From the sequence record NC_048170.1: a stretch of DNA of 64,000 bases. One strand, 5' to 3'. Shown piece by piece: positions 26,455 through 36,897 of this stretch. The first letter of the stretch is position 1, and each line of letters opens with the position of its first letter. The stretch comes from Escherichia phage vB_EcoM_Goslar. The notes under the pieces are model-generated. The model saw only the letters and a program-made list of their open reading frames with translations. It was not told where the DNA came from and searched no databases. Position numbers and translations under genes: made by a program.

Positions 26455-27735
26455 ATGTATACATTGGTAAAAACTTACGGGTTACCCGTAGGTTCTGGCA
26501 CGGCCTGGACAGCGCTTGAGGCGGGTGAAAGTGTCCTGAGTACGTTGTTCTCAACGTATCAAAAACTCAAGATCCAGGTCCACGAAAGCTATGCTGACCA
26601 GCAACAAGTTATTGATCTGTACACATTTCAATCCGAGCTTCAAAACAGCAGCGATACGCTCAATGCGTGGTTGAAAGCGAAATCGGATGCGCATACCAAC
26701 CTTCGAGGACAGCCTGGCGAGCTGTCGATTAAAACCCACAAGCTTTATTGTCACGACGCTATTACTGTAGGCTTTCTCCCTAAAGTCGGTAATAGTGGCT
26801 ATCATCCGAGCAACGCGATCCCTGAGTCGGAACGCACTGATATCCTGTTGACGAAAGCGAATACGAATTACGAAAATATCGGCAAACACTGCTTGTTCAC
26901 CGTAGGCGGTTATGTTCATCCTCACGTCTACGGTAAAGACGTCGGTGTCTATATCCAGGGTGGGTTCAAGACGGCACAGCGCAGCCAAGAAAACGATATC
27001 GGCATGATTGATTTTAGCCGTATCGGGAGTTTGGAAATCCATGCTATCACAGAAGAGATGATTGCTGATTCCACGAAGCTCTTGCCGTATAAGGACGAGA
27101 TGTACTTGCGGTTACCGCGCAAGGTCGCCGAAGATGAAACCGTCGCGCTGGTGTTCGGGGGATATTTACATCTTCTTGACGATTGTTACACGATCGTTAG
27201 CGACACGACAGCGAAAATAAACTGCATTAACATGTTTCTCTATGAACGGTACTTCCGTTCCCGTAAATACCTTGATCTAACATCTCTTGGTATTCTGTTG
27301 AACGAAGAAGACCCACAGTCCGACATTGTTGCCAATCGTTTATTGTCCGATAAAGCATTAAAAGCGTGGGTGACGCATCCTTGCAGTTTCTGGGTGTATA
27401 TCAAAGCAACATCAATTCAGGTTACGCAAGAACCTTTACCACGAAGCGGTGTACCGGGACAGTATTTCTTAGGTAAGAAACCGGAAGGATTGATTCGGGC
27501 CGATCTCGGTGAGTTACCCGCTTACGTGCAGACCTATGAAAAACCGTTATGGGTACTTCACTCGCGCTGGGGACTTCGTAAGAACATGTTGTTTGAAAAT
27601 ACGTTGTACAAACATACGCGCGTTAAGCGACTTAACGATACGCCTTATCTTCACCAGGTCTGGTTGGAAACGCATGCGACGTTGCAGACAGTACACAAGC
27701 TCGAATTGATCGATTCCAGTCAGAAAAACAAATAA
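26455..27735 (+). CDS. hypothetical protein (divergent from the fibre gene)
   Basis: 426-aa ORF, ATG with AAGGGGG SD; upstream TATAAAATA-containing AT-rich stretch. Confidence 0.5.
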   Translation: MYTLVKTYGLPVGSGTAWTALEAGESVLSTLFSTYQKLKIQVHESYADQQQVIDLYTFQSELQNSSDTLNAWLKAKSDAHTNLRGQPGELSIKTHKLYCHDAITVGFLPKVGNSGYHPSNAIPESERTDILLTKANTNYENIGKHCLFTVGGYVHPHVYGKDVGVYIQGGFKTAQRSQENDIGMIDFSRIGSLEIHAITEEMIADSTKLLPYKDEMYLRLPRKVAEDETVALVFGGYLHLLDDCYTIVSDTTAKINCINMFLYERYFRSRKYLDLTSLGILLNEEDPQSDIVANRLLSDKALKAWVTHPCSFWVYIKATSIQVTQEPLPRSGVPGQYFLGKKPEGLIRADLGELPAYVQTYEKPLWVLHSRWGLRKNMLFENTLYKHTRVKRLNDTPYLHQVWLETHATLQTVHKLELIDSSQKNK

Positions 27736-27745
27736 CCAAACATAA

Positions 27746-27777
27746 CCCTCCTCCAACCCGTAAGGGAAGGAGGAGGG
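27746..27777 (-). terminator. conserved intergenic stem-loop terminator
   Basis: ccctcctcc-aa-ccc-gtaa-ggg-aa-ggaggaggg; minus-sense hairpin followed by UUAUGUUUGG; sits between convergent genes. Confidence 0.6.
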
Positions 27778-27786
27778 AATATGCTG

Positions 27787-28692
27787 TTATGCTACATATA
27801 ACGTCAGATAACCGTCGATGAGCGTATTCATCACACTGAGCTGAAGTACGACAGCTTTACTAACATCTGTACGTACACCGAACGGTAGTGTTTTGAATTG
27901 CTCTGGATCGGCTATTACTTGCGCATTCTGCAAGTTGAGCGGTCCAGGCATTGCTGATAATACCCAGCGATCGTTGACCATAAGGCCGTCGATCTCTTCA
28001 GAGAGACCCAATTGCAGTGCGTTCATTTCTGCGATTAGTGCCTCCGATTGCGTATCGCCTGAGGTTAGCGTATACCCATCGGTAAGCGATGCCAGAACAC
28101 CAGCAGATACGAACCAGTTGTACGAAACAATAGCGCCTGGGAGTTTACTGCTATCTCGATCGATGATATAATTCAACCCAGCCAACATATTGTTGCGAAC
28201 GAGGTTGTTGAGGTCGTTATGTCCTGAGGTTAACTCAACAAGTAACTGACCAACCCATACTTGGTTACCGGGTTTAGGTGTTATCACAACCTGTATCGGT
28301 GACTTGGATTTATCCAGATCCGCGTCGACAATCTCGGTTTTGTTGAGAAGGATACCGTACGTCGATGCTAAGACAGGTAGGATCTCAGAGACCTTGGTTA
28401 GTGCATCTAAGGTTTCGATCTCGATAGGCCAGCGGTGCTGTCCGCCAGACCAAGTACCTAGTTTACCAAGATCGATGCGGTTATAATAGATGTCGACAGA
28501 GTTCACCAGCCCTGAACCCGGTTGGGGATGCACGGTTAACTTGCTGTTACGCTTGTACCCGGTGCTTTCAGAAGCCTCACCGATAACCAGTTTATCCAGC
28601 GTTACGCCTCGAGCATCGAAATCGCTATGCTTTCGAATCAGCCGAAAGAGGATTTCTTTCGATTCTAACCCTAGGATTTCACTGTACTCCAT
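27787..28692 (-). CDS. virion-type protein, paralog family A
   Basis: IYYNRIDLGKLGTW motif and overall similarity to 29609 and 30471 ORFs; SD AAGGGG. Confidence 0.5.
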   Translation of the reverse strand: MEYSEILGLESKEILFRLIRKHSDFDARGVTLDKLVIGEASESTGYKRNSKLTVHPQPGSGLVNSVDIYYNRIDLGKLGTWSGGQHRWPIEIETLDALTKVSEILPVLASTYGILLNKTEIVDADLDKSKSPIQVVITPKPGNQVWVGQLLVELTSGHNDLNNLVRNNMLAGLNYIIDRDSSKLPGAIVSYNWFVSAGVLASLTDGYTLTSGDTQSEALIAEMNALQLGLSEEIDGLMVNDRWVLSAMPGPLNLQNAQVIADPEQFKTLPFGVRTDVSKAVVLQLSVMNTLIDGYLTLYVA

Positions 28693-28707
28693 TTAACACC
28701 CCTTAGG

Positions 28708-29592
28708 TTACGGTAGGATTTCTGCGCCCGTCGGGCCTGCCTTACGAGCTTCCAACGCACCAAGGTCGTATTTCAGTGTCAGCGTATCGTTGGTAGTATA
28801 AAGGTTGTGGTAAGTCGAAATCAGATCGGTAACCTGCGCGCCGACGATTTCGTTCATGTCGAAGGCCGAACCTTGACCATCATCAGCACGAACGATTTTA
28901 TCGCCAGCAGAGACCATCCCGATTTCAGAAATAACCGCGTACTCTTCACCACCTTCGGTGAGTTTAGCCACATTGAGATATTCGTTAATATCCCACGGCG
29001 TCCAAACCAAAGAGACTTTACAGCTGTAGTCGTAGTACTCTCCGGTCGCTACCAGAATTCCGGTTGTTGGGATATCCGGTCGGGTGGGGTTGAGGTTCTT
29101 GTCGGTTGGGTGCCATTCGATGGTCTGAGCGACGCCGTCGACGTATTTGGTATAACGCATGGAGCGGACAACGTTATCGAAATCGATGCGACGACCGTAA
29201 TAACAGATATACTTTTTACCGCTTTCCAGTGTCTCAATACGACGTAACCCAAATTTAGCGCGTTCGTCTGTGGTCAAATCGTTACCAACTTCACGCATCA
29301 CGAACGGCTTGATTTTCCACGGTGAAAGATCGCTTGCTTCGTGAGCGATCGGCATCGAGGAAGGGATACCGTTAGCGTTGCGGATGAATTCATGACCTTG
29401 GTTGCCGATACAGAAGTAACGTACAGCAGGATTACCCTCGGGGTAAACCTTTGATTGAATCTGAAGCTTTTCATTCAAGGTGCTGTGTTCTTCCCATGCA
29501 TGAGGAAGACCGAGCGTAAGGTTAGTTTGTACTTGACCGCCGATAATCGTACGGACGATACGATCGGTAGCACGGATTTGTGTAGAAGCCAT
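28708..29592 (-). CDS. hypothetical structural-type protein
   Basis: 294-aa ORF embedded between family A paralogs; SD AGGAAAAG. Confidence 0.45.
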   Translation of the reverse strand: MASTQIRATDRIVRTIIGGQVQTNLTLGLPHAWEEHSTLNEKLQIQSKVYPEGNPAVRYFCIGNQGHEFIRNANGIPSSMPIAHEASDLSPWKIKPFVMREVGNDLTTDERAKFGLRRIETLESGKKYICYYGRRIDFDNVVRSMRYTKYVDGVAQTIEWHPTDKNLNPTRPDIPTTGILVATGEYYDYSCKVSLVWTPWDINEYLNVAKLTEGGEEYAVISEIGMVSAGDKIVRADDGQGSAFDMNEIVGAQVTDLISTYHNLYTTNDTLTLKYDLGALEARKAGPTGAEILP

Positions 29593-29608
29593 GTCTTTTC
29601 CTATTTAA

Positions 29609-30460
29609 TCAGTTATATTGCATCAACAGGATACCGCCGTAGTTCGTGCAGTAATCTTGGCTAAGCGTAACGATAACAGCGTTAGCGAACGCAGGGTTAA
29701 CAGGATAACCCTGTGCGATAAGTTCTGTTGTTTTACCGGTTGCAAGCACGGTGGCTCCGTAAAGGTTGTTTTCGTCTTCACGGCCGTTATAAACCCATGG
29801 GGTTGGCGCAACGTTGTTGAATAAGCTAACCAATGCGCTTAAGTTGCCACCAACTTTTAACCCGGCGAGATCGGAACGGATAGCTGTACAGTCTATAGCG
29901 TAACTGTAGACCAATGCCTGGATACGATTTGCGGTGTAGTACGGGAAATTGAGACCGGTCATCACCGTGGACTTCATCATCCCCGCAATATCGCGTGCGC
30001 TATCGAGGAGGTAGAACGTGACACTTCCCGTCCAAGCCAATCCGGTTGTTTTCAACTCTACGGTGTGAGGGAACGGATATTCATCACCTCGTACAATCGG
30101 AGAATCGACGCAGCTATCCTGATCGATAACGATTCCGTACGTTGATTGAATCAGAGGGATAAGATCGTGCGTTGTTCTAACCCCGGCATCGATAGCAAGC
30201 TTCGGTTCCATTCCCAAGAAGAAGTCTTGAATAGGGATACGATCGTACCATACGTAGCTGCTTTCACGGTATTGTGCCGGTGTTACTGTTGCCGAAGGGG
30301 ATACCTTAGCGCGAGTGTTTCGGCTATACGCGTGGTTTCCGTTTTCAGCAACATCCGTGATATCAAGTGCATCGAAGTTAAAGTCGAAGTCAGGATTGGC
30401 TGCCTGAATAAGTTCAGCGACCAGTACTTTAGGACTTTTGTTTAACAATTTCTGACTCAT
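29609..30460 (-). CDS. virion-type protein, paralog family A
   Basis: YVWYDRIPIQDFFLG, LAWTGSVTFYLLDS, C-terminal DYCTNYGGILLMQYN; SD AAGGAA. Confidence 0.5.
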   Translation of the reverse strand: MSQKLLNKSPKVLVAELIQAANPDFDFNFDALDITDVAENGNHAYSRNTRAKVSPSATVTPAQYRESSYVWYDRIPIQDFFLGMEPKLAIDAGVRTTHDLIPLIQSTYGIVIDQDSCVDSPIVRGDEYPFPHTVELKTTGLAWTGSVTFYLLDSARDIAGMMKSTVMTGLNFPYYTANRIQALVYSYAIDCTAIRSDLAGLKVGGNLSALVSLFNNVAPTPWVYNGREDENNLYGATVLATGKTTELIAQGYPVNPAFANAVIVTLSQDYCTNYGGILLMQYN

Positions 30461-30470
30461 TGTTTATTCC

Positions 30471-31406
30471 TTAGCCTTGTTCTTCTGGAGAACGACCCTG
30501 GAGGCTTGCGGTATGTCCGTCGACGTTGTAATAGAAAATCAATGGACCGCCGACGGCAGTACAGTAGTTTTCATCCAGACCGATCTCGATACCGTATTGG
30601 TAACCCGCTCGTGCTGGAATACGTCCGCCTAACTCGCCGTTGAAAGCCACTTTAGCGTTATACAGGTTATACGGTGCTGCGTTGTCGTCTAATACCCAAC
30701 GATCGGCGGTCATTTCAGCCAGAAGATCGGCGACCACCACATCGCTAATGACGGTACCTGTTACCAGCGAAGCTAGCAACTCACCGTAATCAGAAGTATC
30801 GCGACTGTAACTGTAGATCTCACCGCTAGCGCGTACGCCCTGTCCGAAGAACTTAAGACCATCAAGCTCTTTGATCGCGATAATATCATCAAGATTCGGT
30901 ACACGCGATTTCATCAAGATACGAACACTTCCCGTCCAAGCCAGGCAGCTAGATACGACACGGAGCAATTGTCCGTTAACGGTATCCCAGTTAAGTTCGT
31001 CGTTGACAATTTCTTCCGCGGTAAGGCCAAGACCGAAACGTTCTTTGATGATAGGCCAGATATCACGCATCTTGGTGGCGTCTGGCGCATCGATAAGAAT
31101 AGGCGCTACGTTACGCAGATACGCACCGATATTGATACGATCGTAATACAGCGTCGTCGAACCTTCATAATCGTCTAACTCGGTAAGCTTAGCGGTTGCT
31201 GTCGCCGTAATCTGGGTGTCGCGCTCGTAGGCGCTTTGGTTGGTGGTTGGTGTTCCTAAAACCAATAATTCAGGGGTTAGAACATGCTCTCCGTTCTGAG
31301 GTGGGTTATCGTGGTTGATAAGACCATACACGAGATCGGATGAGGGTAAAGAGACGTCGACCGGGTAAAGTTCGGTGTCGTCAATAGTTGTTACCGTATC
31401 ACTCAC
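30471..31406 (-). CDS. virion-type protein, paralog family A
   Basis: TLYYDRINIGAYL, LAWTGSVRILMKS, C-terminal ENYCTAVGGPLIFYYN; track start is GTG without SD, second GTG at 31404-31406 has GGAGG 6 nt upstream. Confidence 0.5.
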   Translation of the reverse strand: MSDTVTTIDDTELYPVDVSLPSSDLVYGLINHDNPPQNGEHVLTPELLVLGTPTTNQSAYERDTQITATATAKLTELDDYEGSTTLYYDRINIGAYLRNVAPILIDAPDATKMRDIWPIIKERFGLGLTAEEIVNDELNWDTVNGQLLRVVSSCLAWTGSVRILMKSRVPNLDDIIAIKELDGLKFFGQGVRASGEIYSYSRDTSDYGELLASLVTGTVISDVVVADLLAEMTADRWVLDDNAAPYNLYNAKVAFNGELGGRIPARAGYQYGIEIGLDENYCTAVGGPLIFYYNVDGHTASLQGRSPEEQG

Positions 31407-31465
31407 GGTGACCTCCACGCCAGGAATTAATTAAAAAAGACTTTACGATTTGCAGCGCTATCACG

Positions 31466-33877
31466 TTAAGCGTCCTCGATAGGCAAAGGTTTAACAATCA
31501 AACGATTGAGCGGATTCGATAGACGCATACTGATAGGCTTATACGCAACATGATTCGTCTCACTTAGAGCCACTGATCTGAAACGACCGTTCAACTGTTT
31601 GTAAATCGGCTCTATCCAGAGACCTTGAAGATCGCGTTTACGGAAACGTTGTTCGAACGGTTTGATCGGGGTTACGGTCAACCCACGCAACGACTCTGAT
31701 GGCAGACGTTCACGAAGGTCGCGCGGTGCCCGACCTGGGAACGGCGCAAGCCACAACCCGTCAAGCGGATTTTTACGGAAACGTAACGAGATAGGATCAC
31801 TGATGACTTGTGCCCAATATTGCGTACTGAATCGAACGGTTTGGGTGTTCTCGTAACCACTACAATCACACCAGGTTGGTTTCGGAGGCGCTTCCAAACT
31901 TTCAACCGCTGATTCACGCCAGTTCGTCATCGGGTTGTTATCATGCACGAATTTGATAACTTCCGTAGCCTGGTTATCCGTATCATGAACGTTTGCCTGT
32001 GCCCAGTCTTCCCACAGTTCTTCACTACCACTTACTAAACTCGAACCAAGACGGACGGCAATTTTGTTTAGTGGTTTGATTGGATCACTGTTGATTGTCT
32101 GGATAAAATGGATGGTGTAACTGCTCAATGTCTTAAGCAGCTGCAGCATTCCGTATTGAATATCCTTAAGACTGGTGACATCTTCCAAATCTTGACCGGT
32201 GGCCTTTGTGAAGATATCGAGAGCCAGAATTCCCGCCTCTTCTTGACTGATTGCGTCAAGCTCCCAATCCATCGCTAAGAACCATTCCTTGTAAAGCTGC
32301 CCAATACCGAAGTCGACACCAACATCCATGTAAAAGTTTTCAACGATGGCTTCAGCCATACCTCGAGCTTGATAATGCTCTTGGAGCTGGTACATGAACT
32401 GATGACGACGCCAGCCCTGGTAGATCTCGGTAACGGCGGTCAGAAACTCTTCAGTACTGACGACAGCACGCAGCGTCACTTGTTTATCCAAACACCACCA
32501 GATCAGTTTATCGGGAATGATAGCAGGATCGGTAATGCTACGGAGATGGTCGAATGTCGGTAGCGTTAACACCCTGACATGGTTAGCATGGATCTTAGGT
32601 ACTTCAATCAGCGTCATGCCCATCGAATAGTTCAGCAAATACAAGAACAGCTTGTATGCATCTTTCATCGACATCGTCATGGTATCACCCGTCACCGGGT
32701 TGGTTGTCGTTAACCGTGACTGATACATGCCTATTGCGCTAAGATGAATCCATTCATTCAGCAGGAAATCATACTTAGGATACAATTCACTGTCTGTAAG
32801 GTCTTCGGCTTCACTTTCCAACACCTTGGTCGTTAAGGTATTGTTGTCGTGCATCGACATCTTCTCTATCGTGCGGTTAAGCTCGGTATAATACTCCGCT
32901 TCGTTATCCCGCGCTAAAGGGAACTGTTGCTGCATCACGGTGGTGACCTTACGTCTTACCGTGCCATTACCGACGATCTCTTGAAGGTTAAGCGGTTTAC
33001 GCTCCATGTAAACTGCGGGTTTTAACGTTTGGGGTATCTCGGAAGCGTCTTGTTTGATCGAGAACGCACCGATTGGAATCCCACGATCGGTTAATACCTT
33101 TTGAATGAGCTTATCGTAGTTTTCCGTCCTACCCATGTTTCGTTCAACGTAAGCGATGTTACGATAGAACCAGAGCATTTGGGATTCGGTCATGTATCGC
33201 TTGAATCGATCGAGACCTTGATGGCTTGCCAGATAACTCCAGATATGGAAGCTATGGGCATAATGGGTATGACAGTTTTCCCAACGAATACCTTTTATCA
33301 TCTCAGGTATTTGTGTGAATAGAATGGCGTATAGCGCAGGCCAATGAAGCATATCGACGCTCTCATATGCCGGATGTTCCCAGCGTCTGAAGTAATCGTC
33401 GATTTCTTGCTGTAAACGTGGAATAAGATTGGCCTCGCGTGACTCAACCTCTTGTGTATCGTACCAGAGAATCTCGTGATTGCGGGCTGCAATTGCTTTC
33501 TCGATATCGATGGGGTTAAGGATACCCAAGATCAACATACGTTGTTCCGGGTACCGCGCAATTAAACGATTGAAATAATCTCCACCATACGCGTATTCCC
33601 TTGCCGTCATGCGATGCCGTAACATGTTTTCCTTGGTGAACTCGATCTCTTCGAGCGTATCCAGGGAATTTACGGTCATCATTGTCTGACAAGGATGATA
33701 CTCGCCAGCGAGATTCATGTAGTATAACCACGTGCGTGGGTCGTCCCCGACGGCCATCTGGTAGACTTCGGAAACCTTGAGGTTTAACCGTTCTGCCGTG
33801 ATGTCGCTTTTAATAATCAGGGTGTCCGTTAGACGCTGCACGCTTTCCGAATAAAGCTGATAGTCAGTGTTGGACAC
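31466..33877 (-). CDS. large hypothetical protein with C-terminal triple repeat
   Basis: Track ORF starts at TTG 33946; GTG at 33875-33877 has GGAGGA 7 nt upstream; C-terminus has three copies of RFRK(N/R)xLxGLW(L/I)xP. Confidence 0.45.
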   Translation of the reverse strand: MSNTDYQLYSESVQRLTDTLIIKSDITAERLNLKVSEVYQMAVGDDPRTWLYYMNLAGEYHPCQTMMTVNSLDTLEEIEFTKENMLRHRMTAREYAYGGDYFNRLIARYPEQRMLILGILNPIDIEKAIAARNHEILWYDTQEVESREANLIPRLQQEIDDYFRRWEHPAYESVDMLHWPALYAILFTQIPEMIKGIRWENCHTHYAHSFHIWSYLASHQGLDRFKRYMTESQMLWFYRNIAYVERNMGRTENYDKLIQKVLTDRGIPIGAFSIKQDASEIPQTLKPAVYMERKPLNLQEIVGNGTVRRKVTTVMQQQFPLARDNEAEYYTELNRTIEKMSMHDNNTLTTKVLESEAEDLTDSELYPKYDFLLNEWIHLSAIGMYQSRLTTTNPVTGDTMTMSMKDAYKLFLYLLNYSMGMTLIEVPKIHANHVRVLTLPTFDHLRSITDPAIIPDKLIWWCLDKQVTLRAVVSTEEFLTAVTEIYQGWRRHQFMYQLQEHYQARGMAEAIVENFYMDVGVDFGIGQLYKEWFLAMDWELDAISQEEAGILALDIFTKATGQDLEDVTSLKDIQYGMLQLLKTLSSYTIHFIQTINSDPIKPLNKIAVRLGSSLVSGSEELWEDWAQANVHDTDNQATEVIKFVHDNNPMTNWRESAVESLEAPPKPTWCDCSGYENTQTVRFSTQYWAQVISDPISLRFRKNPLDGLWLAPFPGRAPRDLRERLPSESLRGLTVTPIKPFEQRFRKRDLQGLWIEPIYKQLNGRFRSVALSETNHVAYKPISMRLSNPLNRLIVKPLPIEDA

Positions 33878-33904
33878 GATCGGTCCTCCAAGGAGCCAGT
33901 GTAA

Positions 33905-36814
33905 ATGAACGATATAAATAAAGGGCGCGTCGCCCTCGAACGTCAAATGAGCAATAATGACGTTGCGAAGGCACTCATGAACAAATTTGTCGCTCCTGCT
34001 CCGCAGTCACGTCTTTATAACACACGTGATGCGGAAGGAGCGAACGGTCGTTTCGGGTTAGTTGTTCCCGACCAAATGACGATGAACACGGTTACGCGTG
34101 CGACCGCGACAAACATCGAGGATAATAAAAACATCCTCGAGTTGTTCCCTGAACTTAAACGCGTGATGCAGATCTATGTTGCCGCGTTGACGAACCCTAA
34201 CGATCTTAAGACGGTCGAGATGTTTATCGACAGCGAAGATTTCCCCGGCAGAGTCGCAGAAATCGTTCAGCCGATGATCGATACCATCGACACGCATTTT
34301 AAGAATATCTATAAAATAAAGACGCTTATCCCTCGTATCATCGAAGACGTCTTCTTTATCAAGGGCAGTTATAACTTCGTTGTTCTGCCAGAAAGCACGC
34401 TCGACCGCGCCATTAATGGTAACGGTCAACTGAAACTTGAAGAATACGGTTTTAAAGACAACCATTTTGCAAGCTGGGGACTTTTAGGTAACGACAGTCG
34501 CAAACGCCACGAAAATCAATTACCTGCGACGGTTTCGATGGAAGATTATTTCTCAGGCGTTAATGAAACCATACCGTACGATCCTGTTGTTCGCATAGAC
34601 AGCATTAAATTTACCAATACCCTGCTTCGTGATAAGGACGGTAAATTCATTGAAGCGAAGATCGATATTCCGGATATGGTTACGGTTGTCGATAACCCGG
34701 ATATCCTCCGCATGCCTATTCTGCATCAACGTCGAGCAGCGACAGCAGTGCAGCGTGCGTTACGTGCAAACACGTTAGGAGGTAGTGGTTTGGTAACGCT
34801 GTCAGGTGATCCGACCCTAACCGCTAACCGACGTGAGCTGACGCAAGAGCAGGTTAACGAGATCTGGAATAAACTCAACATCCAGCGTCACACCAAGGTA
34901 TCTCCCGTTTACGCGTTGGCAACCCCAGATACACTCGATCGTCAAAGCGTCGGTCATCCTGGTGTGATGCACGTACCACCTGAGGCATTAGAACCTGTAC
35001 ATGCGCCGGGTGATCCGGAGAACCATATCGGATATTTGGTTCAGTTGGATGAGTTTGGTTATCCGGTGCGTTTGGTTGAAGATGCTGCGTATTACAAGCA
35101 GTTGGAAGGTCGGTTGTCGAAGATCACTGCAGATATCGCGGGCACGTCAAGCAACGGCATGGCGAGCGAGATGATTGGTGCAGCCAAGAACATGATCCAA
35201 GGTACGTCATGTAATCAGGTAGACATGTCGGCCTTCGTATCGTCGTACGAATCGCTGATGCAACGTTACATTGTCGAACGTATCGTTAACGGTTATCTTG
35301 GCAGTGCGGTGGAGATCGGTGCGACATCATCGTTTTATCTGTCGATGCTTGCCCGTAGCCTCGCTCACAAGCAGACCCGTGTTTTGTTTATTCCTCGAGA
35401 GATGGTGACTTACATCGCCTATGAATACAACAAATACGGTATCGGTCGTTCGCTGCTTGAAAGTACGAAGATGATCTCGTCGCAACGAGCCATGCTCATG
35501 GTTCAAGAACTGATGGCAAAAATCAAAAGTTCGTTGAACTATACGACGCTAAGCGTAATGCTTGAAGACACCGACAGAAACCCGGTCGATACCGTCGAAC
35601 AAGCACTGCATAGTTTCGCTCGTGTCTACCAGTCTGGTTTCCCGTTGGGTGAAACTAACCCGATGGATATCATCAACGCGTATGAACGAAGCTCGATTCG
35701 ATTGAAGGTTGAGGGGAATAACCCACGCTTCCCGAAATTGAATACAGACGTCAGTGTTGAGCAGCGTAACTATCAGTCTCCTGATAATGAGCTGATGGAT
35801 CGTTACCGTCGTGACCATTTCATGGGCTTGGGTGTGTCTCCGGAGATTATCGATACTTCCTACCAATCTGAATTCGCAGCTTCTGTGATTACAGCTAACG
35901 CGATGCAAGAGAAACAGTTCACGGTTTGTCGTGAGGTGATCACGAATGGATTATCGGACCACATCAAGAAATATACGGCATACAGTCCCGTGTTGTTGAC
36001 GTCGTTACGAAACACGGTTCGTGCGAACATGTCTAAGCTTTCCCAGGCACAATTGAAGCAGCTTTTTGGTAGCGATTTCGAAAACGGTGTTATCCGTAAC
36101 GTTAACGCCTATCAGGAGATTGACGACCAATCAGCAACAATGGATCTGGATTACACTAAACCAGAAGTCCAGGAAGTTATTGCCGATGCTTATGTGTCCA
36201 TGTTCTTAAACAGCCTGCGTGTGCGTTTACCGGATAGCAATGCTCGTCGCCTTGAAGATCAGGTACGTGAATATAATCAGTACAAGGAAGCGATTACTGC
36301 GCAACTTGATGATTATTTAACGCCTGATTACGTCATGGGTCTGGGTGGGGTTGATGAAACAACGCTGCAGATGATCCGCGCATGCATTATTGGTACCGCG
36401 ATGCGTACGTGGGCAAAAGAGAACAACTTCAATCAGGAGCTGGCTGATCTCTTCAGTCTTGACGATAAGAAGAATGCCGTGCAAGATTGGAAACGTATGT
36501 CCATGGAACATATTGAAGTCATGGGTAAATGCATGGGTGATTTTGCATTGTATATTCAGAATCTGACGAAGAAGATTGAAGAGAAGATGGGAGCTCAAGC
36601 ACAGGACGGTAGCGTTTCATCTGATGGTTCGTGGTCATCCGATTCAAGTAGCGATACCGGTTCTTCTGATGACTTCGGTGGCGGTGACGATTTCGGAGAT
36701 ACCGATTTCGATACCGAAACGATGGAGGAAACCTCAACAGAAGAAACAACCACATCTGAGGAAACGACTACCGACACAACGTCAGAAGACGACACTTCAG
36801 GTGGCGTTGTCTAA
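33905..36814 (+). CDS. large hypothetical virion-type protein with acidic S/T/D/E-rich C-terminal tail (portal is one guess)
   Basis: 969-aa ORF, ATG with AAGGAG SD; C-terminal ~70 aa low-complexity acidic (SSDSSSDTGSSDDFGGGDDFGDTDFDTE...). Confidence 0.45.
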   Translation: MNDINKGRVALERQMSNNDVAKALMNKFVAPAPQSRLYNTRDAEGANGRFGLVVPDQMTMNTVTRATATNIEDNKNILELFPELKRVMQIYVAALTNPNDLKTVEMFIDSEDFPGRVAEIVQPMIDTIDTHFKNIYKIKTLIPRIIEDVFFIKGSYNFVVLPESTLDRAINGNGQLKLEEYGFKDNHFASWGLLGNDSRKRHENQLPATVSMEDYFSGVNETIPYDPVVRIDSIKFTNTLLRDKDGKFIEAKIDIPDMVTVVDNPDILRMPILHQRRAATAVQRALRANTLGGSGLVTLSGDPTLTANRRELTQEQVNEIWNKLNIQRHTKVSPVYALATPDTLDRQSVGHPGVMHVPPEALEPVHAPGDPENHIGYLVQLDEFGYPVRLVEDAAYYKQLEGRLSKITADIAGTSSNGMASEMIGAAKNMIQGTSCNQVDMSAFVSSYESLMQRYIVERIVNGYLGSAVEIGATSSFYLSMLARSLAHKQTRVLFIPREMVTYIAYEYNKYGIGRSLLESTKMISSQRAMLMVQELMAKIKSSLNYTTLSVMLEDTDRNPVDTVEQALHSFARVYQSGFPLGETNPMDIINAYERSSIRLKVEGNNPRFPKLNTDVSVEQRNYQSPDNELMDRYRRDHFMGLGVSPEIIDTSYQSEFAASVITANAMQEKQFTVCREVITNGLSDHIKKYTAYSPVLLTSLRNTVRANMSKLSQAQLKQLFGSDFENGVIRNVNAYQEIDDQSATMDLDYTKPEVQEVIADAYVSMFLNSLRVRLPDSNARRLEDQVREYNQYKEAITAQLDDYLTPDYVMGLGGVDETTLQMIRACIIGTAMRTWAKENNFNQELADLFSLDDKKNAVQDWKRMSMEHIEVMGKCMGDFALYIQNLTKKIEEKMGAQAQDGSVSSDGSWSSDSSSDTGSSDDFGGGDDFGDTDFDTETMEETSTEETTTSEETTTDTTSEDDTSGGVV

Positions 36815-36845
36815 ACGGATATAAAAAAAAATAACACATAGTTAA

Positions 36846-36880
36846 CCTTCTCCCCAACCCGATGAGGGAAGGGGAGAAGG
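36846..36880 (-). terminator. conserved intergenic stem-loop terminator (variant loop GATGA)
   Basis: ccttctcccc-aa-ccc-gatga-ggg-aa-ggggagaagg between convergent genes; stem changes are compensatory. Confidence 0.55.
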
Positions 36881-36897
36881 GCTATGCGCTATTTAAT

